Positions 11,448-21,000 are shown, counted from the first letter of the stretch. The stretch is 21,138 nt of DNA from Histomonas meleagridis 2922-C6/04-290x (GCA_020184695.1 JAANOX010000086.1:1-21138), one strand, 5' to 3'. Made by a program: numbers and translations. The notes: generated by a model from the letters alone, not told the origin.

Positions 11448-11661
11448 AAATGATTTTAATTTTTTTTTTATTTATTTTGACTCCATAAGAAACTAGAAGG
11501 TGATGAACATATTTGCTATTTTGTTTTTCAATTTGATAATTTGGTGGTTTTTCATAATAAATCGCATCACTAAAAGTTAAATGCGGTTTTTTGCTAGGTT
11601 CAACCTCATAACAAGTGTTGATAACTTTCGTATTATCAGACATTAATAAAAACGAAGTGTC
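11374..11661 (-). pseudogene. Remnant of an unknown gene whose 5' end is replaced by the hairpin
   Basis: ORF track 11374-11715. The part 11661 to about 11480 (DTSFLLMSDNTKVINTCYEVEP...) looks coding, the upstream part is palindrome arm, and the last ~75 nt overlap the plus-strand gene. Confidence 0.35.
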
Positions 11662-11754
11662 AGATATAAATATCATAAAGTATGGACCAAAGGGACCCAG
11701 ATGTTCGAAGAACATCTGGGTCCCTTTGGTCCATACTTTATGATATTTATATCT
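11662..11754. repeat. Perfect inverted repeat: 45-bp arms with a 3-nt spacer (GAA)
   Basis: 11662-11706 (agatataaatatcataaagtatggaccaaagggacccagatgttc) is the exact reverse complement of 11710-11754, checked base by base. Confidence 0.98.
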
Positions 11755-11782
11755 TAACCAAAATTAAATTAATAAAACATAT

Positions 11783-11974
11783 TTATTTCTTTTGTCCAAC
11801 TAGCGCATTTGCTACACCATCTATAACAGGTAAGAATTTATCTGCTATTTTAATTCCTTTTGCAATAGCACCTGCATGACCAGGTTAATTTTCAATTCCA
11901 GGTATTTTTCTAACAGTATTTACAACAGGTTTGGCTAATTTATTCCAAACATTACCGATAAAACGAAGAAAATA
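11783..11974 (-). pseudogene. Fragment of a small basic, Gly-rich amphipathic-helix protein with one in-frame stop
   Basis: Hand translation: YFLRFIGNVWNKLAKPVVNTVRKIPGIEN*PGHAGAIAKGIKIADKFLPVIDGVANALVGQKK*. Stops at 11885-11887 and 11783-11785. Not in the ORF track; no start codon seen. Confidence 0.55.
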
Positions 11975-11979
11975 GCAAA

Positions 11980-13658
11980 TTATATTTCACTGTATCGCCG
12001 AATTAATTCCCAAAACATAACGCGGAACCAATCGTATATAATTGTTGGGTTTCTTTTTATTGTTATTATTTCGACTTGCTTCAAAAATCGAATTTGTGAA
12101 TACTCTGCTAAAATCAGCGAAATCACATTATGTAGTTCAAGTGATTTCTCTTTTGCTTCTGTCGTTTGCGTCAATGGCATTTCAGCAGCATTTATTATCT
12201 TAAGAGGTTTCTTTACGATTTCGCGCCATGTTTCGACATTAGAATTCGAGATTTCTTCAAGGAGAATAAGTTCTTCGAATCCTTTAAGTAATAAGTTATG
12301 ATTAGAAAATGTTTGGATTCGCGTAAGATTGAAAATTGATATTAAAAGCTTTTCGATCGATGAATTAAATTCAGTTCGTTCAGAGATTTTCGACGAGAAA
12401 TAAAAACGTAAAAAGTCATAAAGTCGAACAGCAGAAAACTTGCTAATGTTTACAGTAGTGGAACTAATATTAGCTATGACAGTATTAATTAATGGTAATA
12501 CTGGTGATGACATTTCTAAATCAATGTCAACAACATTCGTTTATATCTCGATAATTAAATCTCCAACAGTGTTAGATAAAATTCGCGTTTTAATAGGGAA
12601 AATGATTTTAGTTTTCTCATTAAGAAATAATAATGTCGACATTTTAGTCGTAAGAATACTTAACGAGGATAATATAATGGTATGTAAAAATGAAATTGTT
12701 CCTTTTTCGAGTTGATTTTGAAAATAAAATAATAATGAGATGATAAATTGAATATTGGAATTTTGACTTTCGAAATAATCGGAAATTGTTGGGAAATTGG
12801 AGATAATAATATTAAATAATGTAAAGATTTGTTGGTCACATGTGATAACGGATGAATTGTGAGTTGAAATACTCAGAAAAAGTGAGTGCAAAAGTGACGG
12901 CTCAAGTGACTCAACTGCAGAATGCCAATTGGGACATGAAAATATGATTGGTGTGACCAAAGTAAGATGGGACTTAACAATGGATATTTGTTGTGTCGTT
13001 AACTTTTTGTTGTTGAAAATATGTGGGATAAAATTAAATAAAACAAATAAATATTCTTTCCCATTAAGCTGATCAAAAGCTAACATGAAAGGAGAAGGAT
13101 CTTCAGTTGTTTCTTTTTGATTAAAGGATGCTGAATGACATGCATAAAGAAGTGTATTCATAAATTGTATATTATCTAATGGATTCTTTGAAATTAAATC
13201 AATCGAATCTAAGTGGAAATTTAATAAAGCTTTTAATAAAAAGATTTTTTTCAAAAGTGTAAAATTGGTTGATTTGATTTGAATTTTTTTGTAGATTTTT
13301 TAAACCATGGGCTGGAATCACTGTACCCTCCTGAAGATGCTAGCAAAGTTTGTAAAAATTTGCAAAATGGTGTAAATAATGAATATATTTCAGGGTTTGT
13401 ATCTGATAATTGAATTGCTTTCGAAAAAGAATCGCCAAGAGTTGATATTAAATTTGAGAAATTGTTAGGATATCGAGTTCTAATTAATTTTAAATTTTTA
13501 ATATCATTTTCTTCATCTTTTATTGCAATAAAGTTTTCTACTGATACCTTTTGCCATATTGGGTGCATTTGAACACATTCATCCTTGCTAAGAACATTTA
13601 ATATTTCTTGAAGATTTTTAATCGCTGAGTTTGTAATGATCACAATCAATTTGCCCAT
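11980..13658 (-). pseudogene. HID1: HID1/dymeclin-family protein gene (~560 codons) with one frameshift and one nonsense codon
   Basis: ATG 13658 gives an MG start. LKLIRTRYPNNFSNL, LHTIILSSLSIL...LNE...NTVGDLIIEI, LINTVIANIS and C-terminal WFRVMFWELI line up with remembered HID1 blocks. ORFs 13251-13685 and 12541-13254 are offset by one frame near an A7 run at about 13285. ORFs 12541-13254 and 11980-12513 are in frame across TAA 12541-12543. Confidence 0.75.
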
Positions 13659-13738
13659 TTTTGGTCGATGAACGATAGATGTCAAATGACTTTGCTCAAT
13701 TTTTTCTATGAGTATTTAGAAATATAGAAATAACGTAC

Positions 13739-14188
13739 ATGAATAAAACAAAGTTACCAGCAAATCAAACATTTTCGAATCTTAACAGAACAAAAAAAGG
13801 AAAGTTAGATTATATCTATGTTAATCCAAATGTTACTCAAAAAGGGCAACATGATTTAGCACAAAAATTACAGAAAGAAATTGAGCTTGAAGTGGAACTT
13901 GATAAATCATTTCGAAATAGACAAGCGCCTGTATATTCTAAGGATAAAAACAACGACAGCATAAAAGAATTTAATCAATTTTGTATTGATTTTATTGATT
14001 CTTCAAAGGAAACTAAAGATAAAGTTACCAACGTTTTAGATAGTATGGACACGCGAATGTCAGAAATGGAGTCCATTCAAAAAACATTCGAGGAAATTGA
14101 AAAACAATATTATCGATTTGAAATGGGTCTCCCAGAGCCAAAATGCGATACTTCACAAAAAATTGATGAAGGCAGCGACAGAAAATAA
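13739..14188 (+). CDS. Hypothetical 149-aa protein with predicted coiled-coil segments
   Basis: Intact ATG-to-TAA ORF, charged heptad-like stretches, divergent from the HID1-like gene. Confidence 0.75.
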   Translation: MNKTKLPANQTFSNLNRTKKGKLDYIYVNPNVTQKGQHDLAQKLQKEIELEVELDKSFRNRQAPVYSKDKNNDSIKEFNQFCIDFIDSSKETKDKVTNVLDSMDTRMSEMESIQKTFEEIEKQYYRFEMGLPEPKCDTSQKIDEGSDRK

Positions 14189-14903
14189 TATTGATGCATT
14201 CAATTGATTTAATTTTTTGAATCTATATAAAATAATGGCTGTATGTTATCAAAGAGTATTTAAACTTCGTTGAAACCCAAAACTAAATAAATTTTAGAAT
14301 ATAGATTCTAACTCTAGATTTAGCCTGTTTGCTCTTCCACTCTTGGGGTATTGAAATGAAATCGGTTTTTTTCATGGTATTGACTTTTTGTTATTTTAAG
14401 AGGTTCACCATGATGAAGAAATATTCCCTTGTTTTTGGCTTTGCTTGCAGTGCAAATAATCTTTTCTTTTGATATCTCCAATCAAGCAGTGATTAAAAAT
14501 TTTGGTTATTGATTACATCTAATGATGATGTTAAATCAGAATTTTCTTTCTTATTTTTACAATTTGAGCCACACACAAAAGGTATAATAGCTAATGCAAA
14601 AGAAAATGATTCATATTCTGATAAAAACACATTACCTTCAACAAAAATTTAAACTCAATCTTTGCGACCACTTCGATAAGTTTTAATTTAAATCATCACA
14701 TTTATCTTATTTACAGGTGCTTTAAAAATGAAATATTTTTAAGAATTTTTTCCGCAGTTTCCAAATTTCCAATTATAATTTCATTTATTTTTCTTGTGTT
14801 TATATTTAGCTTATACTTAAATAAGTCTAAAATATCATTTTCAATTCAAAATCTTTTATTAAATGAAAGGTTAAAAGTTCCATTTGTTTTTGCATTATTT
14901 TTT

Positions 14904-15395
14904 ATGAATGCTTTTCAAAAATTTATTGATGAAAATTCTACATTGATCATCAATGATTCCAATGATTTTGAAGATTCAAATAAAAATAATGCTTTTTATG
15001 TTATTATTAATGGTGTTGATGAAATTCCAAATGAAGCATTCAGTAATTGTAAAACTATAACTCAAGTTAACATCGGAAATGAAGTTACAAAAATTGGAAA
15101 TAAAGCATTTTACTTTTGTTCTGATTTGTCAGTTGTTAACTTTGGTGTAAATATAAAAACAATCGGAGAAAGTGCATTCTCAAGTACAAATCTCAATAAC
15201 ATTACAATTCCAAATTCAGTTGATACAATTGGATACAGAGTGCTTTATGATTGTAACCAATTATTATCAGTTACAATTGGGGCAAATGTACAAATGATTG
15301 GAAATGAACAAGTCTCGTCAGAGGCTCGAACCTCACTAGGTTCGGAACAAGTTTATAAAGCGCCGATTCAACTCAAATGGAGAGCAAGAGTTTAA
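14904..15395 (+). pseudogene. BspA-like LRR gene, copy 3, 3'-truncated at about 15309
   Basis: EIPNEAFSNCKTITQVNIGNEVTKIGNKAFYFCSDL... LRR_5 repeats. After IGNE the frame runs into unrelated GC-richer sequence and stops, with no stalk or TM. First ATG is 14904 (the ORF track starts at GTG 14796). Confidence 0.85.
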
Positions 15396-15699
15396 TACTT
15401 ATAAATCAAAATTTTTAAAATAAACTTATTAAGATATAGATATAAAATTATAAAAAAGATATGAGTATAATAGAAAAATATTGGGATTGAAAAAATTTGT
15501 TAATGTGTTAATATTAAAAAAACTATAAAAATATGCGTGTAAAAATTATAATTGATAAAAGAAAAGACCAAAAACATGAGGTGAGCGGGTTGTTATTAGA
15601 TACTTTCCCAAATGAGCATCTGCTAGCCAGATCTTTGGAATTTTTTCATTTTTTAAATTTTTAATTTTTCTAATTTTTTAATATGACATATTTTATTTT

Positions 15700-16511
15700 C
15701 ATGTATGTATTTGAAGATATCATTTCGATGGAACTCAATTGCTATTTCATATGCATCCTCAAATGATGAATGATTTCTTCATTTCCACCTGCAATTGCAT
15801 GTTTACATGTGTTATTTACATTTGCATTATTCATACGTAAATATTTAAAACATTTAATAGAAGAAAAATGCTGCATAATCAATTAATGAAACATTTTTTT
15901 TATTAATAAATGAACATCTTTCATAAAGTGATGGTTCAATTGTTTGATTAAAATCAAAATTTGGTTGTGATGATATTTCTTGAAGTTTTTCTATTTCATC
16001 ATTTCGAATTATTTTTGCAATTTCATTTGGATTAACACTTTCTTTGATTAATTTCTTGTTAATTTCCCAATCATTCTTTGAAAGTTCTTTAATGTTTCCC
16101 ATTTTTGGTTTCAAATAGTCATTCTCTTCTGGAATTTTTGGACATGTAAGGTATAAAATATGATTCTTCTCTCACCTGTTCAATTATGTTCGATTCACAT
16201 AAATTTTCTTGAATCATTCTCTCGAGAAAATAATTTGATTCTTGATAACATATTTTCAAAATCATTTTTCAAGAAAACTTTATGTATTTTACTTTGTATC
16301 TGTTTGTTATCTTCAATTTTTTTTTTATTTCTTTAATGATATTCATATAGACTTTTGAATTATTCATTCCTTTTACAAATAGTGAATAAATTATTTTACT
16401 AATGAATACTGACAATTATTATCAAATATATCAAACACTGAAAGAACTACTTGAGCAACATTTTCTTTATTTAAGAAAAATATTTTTTATTGAATAAACT
16501 GAATTGTTCAT
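15700..16511 (-). pseudogene. DUF3447-type ankyrin-repeat gene, heavily disrupted
   Basis: ORF 15854-16114 has NPNEIAKIIRNDEIEKLQ...FDFNQTIEPSLYE...LIDYAAFF. The next frame continues SIKCFKYLRMNNA...HAIAGGNEEIIH, then AIEFHRNDIFKYI. This pattern is typical of the parabasalid DUF3447/ankyrin expansion. Many stops upstream; ends approximate. Confidence 0.8.
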
Positions 16512-17595
16512 TTTTGTTTTGCAAAGTCCAGGACAAGTAAAAATTTAGTGAAACAAAATACCAGATCGCTTTAGCTATGATCGGCGCATTCAAAAAGCGA
16601 AAATTGAATAGGTTATCTAAACGTTACAAGCAACCATCGATTCAATAAAGTTTTCGTCTGATTCAGTCACCAGAGAAATCTTCCAAATAGTATTCAATGC
16701 ACCTGTTACAATGAATGTACCAGCCATAACAAGAAAAGTAAGTTCACAAGAAGATTATATACCAGGACAACTTTCATAAAATTAATTATTACTTAATACA
16801 AAAGATTGAATTTTATGAATACAGCATACATAATGCCAAAGGCGAAGCATCCAGTTACTTAATTTTCAGTCCAAATGTACAATTTGAAGGAAAAATTATT
16901 AGATTTTACACTTTTGGACAAACCAATTTTTGCAACACTTATTACATCTGCTGTTGATTATCTTAGCGTTCGAAAAGGTATCGATATTGATCAACTTAAT
17001 AGAGAGATTCACGTATTCAAACAATTCTTCAATGTTGTATTTAGAATAACGTTGACCATATCATTTTAGGCGCATTTGGTTGTGGAGCATTCCATTATAA
17101 TCTCAATAAAATTTCGAATTGATTCAAAAATAAAATTTCGGATAATTTAAAGAAATGAGTTGTATTAAATGAAGAGACAAACATCAAACAACTAAAGGCT
17201 GTAACAAATGAGTAAGTGAGCGTTAGCGAACAAAATATTGCACTTAATTAATAAATTGAAATCATTTAAAGAAATTAACTGTATTGAATGTTAAGATAAA
17301 CATCAAATGAATAAGTAGGTTGTATTAAATGGATAAATGATTTCCAAATTCTCAAATGATTTTGAGAGTCACAGACTCAAAAAGCTCTATCGGTTTACTG
17401 TGGTGCTCCAAGATTTACGTAAAAGAATGATTAATAAATAAGATCAAATAAGTTTCCTTGATATATCATACCGAATTTGTCAAACTTCAAATCAAAAATA
17501 AAACTTGGTTTAAAACTATCAATAAATTATAAAAAAAATTATAATGAAAAACATTAAGAATAATTTTGTTGTTTTATTCAATGAAAAGGGTATTT

Positions 17596-18592
17596 TTATG
17601 CACGAACACCAAAATTTTGTTCTTTGTTATCATCATTGCTATTATCATCTTTAATAATAATCATTTTATCATTATCATTAAATGATCCTTCATTAATTTG
17701 ATTTCTTTTCTTTCGAATGTAAATTAAAAATGCAATAATTAATGAAGCAACAATAACGATTCCAATTGCAACTCCAACACCAATATAAATGTTTGTTTTA
17801 TTATCATTTTTATTTTCACTATTTTTACCCATATTAAAATCTGAATAAGACATGAAGTAATCAGAATAAGCACTAAGTGTAAAATCATAAGATATAACTG
17901 ATGTTGAAATATATGTAGATATTGAATTGATATTCGTAAGAATCATTGAATTGAAAAATGAACTATAAATACTTAATGTTTGTGTCAATGATAAAATATA
18001 TGTCACTGAATATGAATGTGTTAAAGTTACATAAGATGGGTGTGTTTCTGTAAATGTGGAATATGATGAAAATGAATTTAATTCAGTAAGTGTATTTGAA
18101 TGTGAACCTGTACTTGACTTAGTAAAAGTATTTGTTTTTGTTGGTGTAAAGTTTGTGTTGGTATTGGTTTACATCCTTCAATTGTTTCTTTCCCACATTT
18201 TCTCCAATGATAGTTGTTTCTAACTTTTCACATATGGAAAAAGAACTTAATAGAATTTCTACAACAGAGTTAGGAATTGTTATGCTTGTAAATAAACATT
18301 CAGAAAATGCATTATTTTTTATAATTTTTACACTTCTTCCTAATGAAATTGATAATAACTTTATACACAATTCAAACGCACTTTCTTTAATTGATATAAC
18401 TGAATCTGGAACTTTAAACTCTTTAGATGAATTTCCATATGGATAACTTATGAGTTTTGTAATACTCTTATCATATAAAACTCCATCACGTTCTGTGTAA
18501 CATGGATTTTCTTTGGAAATATTTATAATTTGAAGATTGTCACAATCAACAAATGGATTTGATGATATCGAAAAAATTGTATATGAAATTTG
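17596..18592 (-). pseudogene. BspA-like gene, copy 2: lacks N-terminal LRRs, frameshifted at the LRR-stalk junction, stalk-TM-tail intact
   Basis: Frame of ORF 18119-18370 is open upstream (SISSNPFVDCDNLQIINISKENPCYTERDGVLYDKSITKLISYP). ORF 17596-18006 encodes the stalk, TM and RKKR tail closely similar to 6622-7014. Confidence 0.88.
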
Positions 18593-18930
18593 AAAAAAAT
18601 TGATTATTATAATGTTGAAACATATAAGATCCGATTGTTTTCATACATTCATTCATTGGATTGAGTTGATTGGTTTTTATAGTGTGACATTGAATACATA
18701 AGAAAATTATATCATTGAAAGTTAGTTAATACTTTGAATTCAAATGACTTCAGTGTAAATATCAATAAGTTCATTCAAGGTATTGCAGAAAAATTAGTCA
18801 TTTAATAAAAAATTAAAATATTTCAAAAAAAATGTAAATATTAAGGATAATTTTGATGTTTTATTCAATAAAATTTTGATCATGGGTGAACAACAAAATT
18901 ATCTTAATTAAATTCTTTTGAGAGTATTAA

Positions 18931-19056
18931 TTAATTGTCATCATTTGATGATTCATTAATTTGATTTCTTTTGTTTCGAATATAAATGATTAATACGATA
19001 ACGGCGGCGTAATCAATTTTATATTCTGATATCAAATAATCTTGGAATAATTCCAT
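18931..19056 (-). other. 41-codon probable chimeric mini-ORF: unknown 5' stub joined to a BspA TM/tail remnant
   Basis: MELFQDYLISEYKIDYAAVIVLIIYIRNKRNQINESSNDDN*. The segment atttatattcgaaacaaaagaaatcaaattaatgaa matches the copy-2 tail at 34/36 nt. Confidence 0.6.
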
Positions 19057-19096
19057 TTATTAAAGGTAAAAAATTTATTTTTATAAATAAAAAATA

Positions 19097-20029
19097 ATGC
19101 GAAAAAATAAAAGAATTTTAAGATTCGGAAACAAAGTTTCATCGGAGAATATAGATAAAAAATTTGATGAGATAGAAGAATTGTTCGATAAATTAGAAAA
19201 ACAAAACAAAGAAATTTTAGAAAACGCGAAAATAAAACCAATACATAAAAAATTCTTATTTGCTCAAAACGGAATAACAGCTTTTATAGCGCCAATGGGT
19301 TCAGGCAAATCATATTTTTACGTTAAACTCGGAGCGAAACAAGAAGTACTATTTAACGAACCGTTTTTTGAACTAATAACTATTTGTAGTACATCCTCAA
19401 AATTTGATGAAACAGTAAATACTTATAAGGAAGCAATAAAGAAAACGAAACTTGTTGCGATAAAAGATACTGATTTGTTAGATTGGATTAATAAATATAT
19501 TCGGAGAATTTTAAAATATAATTCTATCATCAAACATATCAATTCTGATTTTAAGAAAACGGATGAAGAAGTAGAAAGATTATTTATGAAATATAATTTG
19601 AATAACTCAAAGAAGAAATTAAAATACATTTCTGAAAAGTTAGCGAAATATCAATGGAAAACTTATCCGCATAGATGCTTGTTGATATTAGATGATTTTG
19701 CTAATCATCCTTTACTGAGAAGTAAAGAAACGGAGATGTCAAGATTACTTAAAAAACTCAGACACTTTAATATTAACGTTATCATTTGTGTGCAAACAAC
19801 AAAAAGTATACCAAAAGATATAAAAAGAACTTTGTCGGATATTGTTTTGTTTAATGGAATTTCAAAAGATGATTTTTACGATTTAATAAAAGAAAGTCCT
19901 GCATCAATATTTGATGTTAATAATTTATGGTCCGTTTATTCTAAACTTCAAAGTCCACACGCAACGTTTAGCATACATATTAAAGCACGAAGAGTAATAA
20001 TTGCCGATAAAGCTAAAATAATAAAATGA
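19097..20029 (+). CDS. A32-like (FtsK/HerA superfamily) viral DNA-packaging ATPase
   Basis: Intact 310 aa. Walker A APMGSGKS, Walker B LLILDD, then KKLRHFNINVIICVQ (RH arginine finger plus hydrophobic strand ending in Q), as in Polinton, virophage and NCLDV packaging ATPases. Confidence 0.9.
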   Translation: MRKNKRILRFGNKVSSENIDKKFDEIEELFDKLEKQNKEILENAKIKPIHKKFLFAQNGITAFIAPMGSGKSYFYVKLGAKQEVLFNEPFFELITICSTSSKFDETVNTYKEAIKKTKLVAIKDTDLLDWINKYIRRILKYNSIIKHINSDFKKTDEEVERLFMKYNLNNSKKKLKYISEKLAKYQWKTYPHRCLLILDDFANHPLLRSKETEMSRLLKKLRHFNINVIICVQTTKSIPKDIKRTLSDIVLFNGISKDDFYDLIKESPASIFDVNNLWSVYSKLQSPHATFSIHIKARRVIIADKAKIIK

Positions 20030-20037
20030 AATAAAAA

Positions 20038-20796
20038 TTATTTTTGATTTTGAATCTCACCGACAAATAAATCTTCATCCTGTATGCCTTGAACAGAAAT
20101 AGTTATATACATTGGATTCAGTAAATGTACTTCGTGAAGGTTTGCGTCAACGAGTGTTAATTGAATATGTGACAAATCATTAGAATTTATGTCAATTTCA
20201 AAATCAGCGTTTGATACAATAATCGGAAAATTTGCCGAAAAAGAGTTATTGATTCTAAGAACGATTTTTGAAATGTTAATGGTTTCGTTTAAATCTCTAT
20301 AAGAACTTTTTCCAACATTTGACAAAAGATAAAGAACAGGAGTTGATAATATATTTCCGACACTTTCAGCAAATATTTCAAACGTATAAGTACCATTAAA
20401 TGTTGACGGAAGAGGAAGAATTTGAGAGTATAATCCTGATATTTGAATTATATTATATGAAGCATTATTTATCGTAAAAGCATTTGAAGAAGTAAATACA
20501 ATTCTTCCTGCTTCGTCGACTTCAGACGTAACGCCTGATTCTTGAATAAGTGAATTCAACAGTAATATAAACGTTTGAGAGTTTAAGTCAGTGTAATCAT
20601 TATTGAAATAGTATTTTTTACCGTTAATCTGTATAAAATCATCTTTCTCAATAACAACAATAGAACATTTAGTCGTTAGCGACGTTACAATCATTTTTGC
20701 TTGACGTGTTGGCGGCGAAGGTAAGTTTACGTCAATTCTATTGTAATGTTCAGCGTCGTAGGAAGAAATTGTATAATCAATTACTGCATTATACAT
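20038..20796 (-). CDS. Probable minor capsid (penton, single jelly-roll) protein
   Basis: Intact 252 aa, beta-strand-rich. C-terminal IQLTLVDANLHEVHLLNPMYITISV resembles the 'I.i.l.D.....l.l...' end of Polinton/PLV pentons. Convergent with the ATPase, 8 bp apart. The fold is inferred. Confidence 0.65.
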   Translation of the reverse strand: MYNAVIDYTISSYDAEHYNRIDVNLPSPPTRQAKMIVTSLTTKCSIVVIEKDDFIQINGKKYYFNNDYTDLNSQTFILLLNSLIQESGVTSEVDEAGRIVFTSSNAFTINNASYNIIQISGLYSQILPLPSTFNGTYTFEIFAESVGNILSTPVLYLLSNVGKSSYRDLNETINISKIVLRINNSFSANFPIIVSNADFEIDINSNDLSHIQLTLVDANLHEVHLLNPMYITISVQGIQDEDLFVGEIQNQK

Positions 20797-20842
20797 TTTA
20801 TATATTGTAAAAATTTATGAAAAACATATATAAAAAATTCAA

Positions 20843-21000
20843 GGGTTAAAGTTAACCTAAAAGCTAACCTTTTTTTTGACCTTTCAGTAACTGCTGCAAA
20901 CTCTTGATTTTCACGTCATATCATTCAAAAAATGCTCATTTACTCCGTTTCGTTGAGGGTTAAAAAAAGGGTTAAAAAAAAGGTTAAAGTTAACCCTCAA
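20843..21000. repeat. Cluster of GGTTAA/TTAACC motifs upstream of the minor capsid gene
   Basis: ggttaaagttaacc at 20844-20857 and 20982-20995. gggttaa at 20843, 20957 and 20969. ttgagggttaa/ttaaccctcaa inverted pair spanning 20953-21000. Confidence 0.8.

Noticed and set aside
7811-12543. Possible TAA/TAG-to-Gln recoding, suggested by five in-frame TAA/TAG codons (7811, 11169, 11274, 11885, 12541)
   Set aside because: The 250-330-codon ORFs read without any in-frame TAA/TAG while containing many Gln, two intact genes end in TAA, and other broken genes also carry TGA stops and frameshifts. Point mutation explains it.
6481-13300. Introns as an explanation for the BspA and HID1-like frameshifts
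   Set aside because: No GT(A/G)..ACTAAC..AG trichomonad intron signature at the breakpoints.
14230-14720. Coding-like minus-strand fragments
   Set aside because: Multiple stops in all frames; no recognisable family.
16560-17100. ORF 16875-17069 and neighbouring coding-like fragments
   Set aside because: Likely pseudogene debris; neither strand nor product can be supported.
2352-19629. Shadow ORFs 2352-2534(+), 7596-7949(+), 11682-11879(+), 12440-12715(+), 18153-18446(+), 19032-19241(-), 19423-19629(-)
   Set aside because: Each lies antisense to a better-supported gene or pseudogene and has no recognisable motif.
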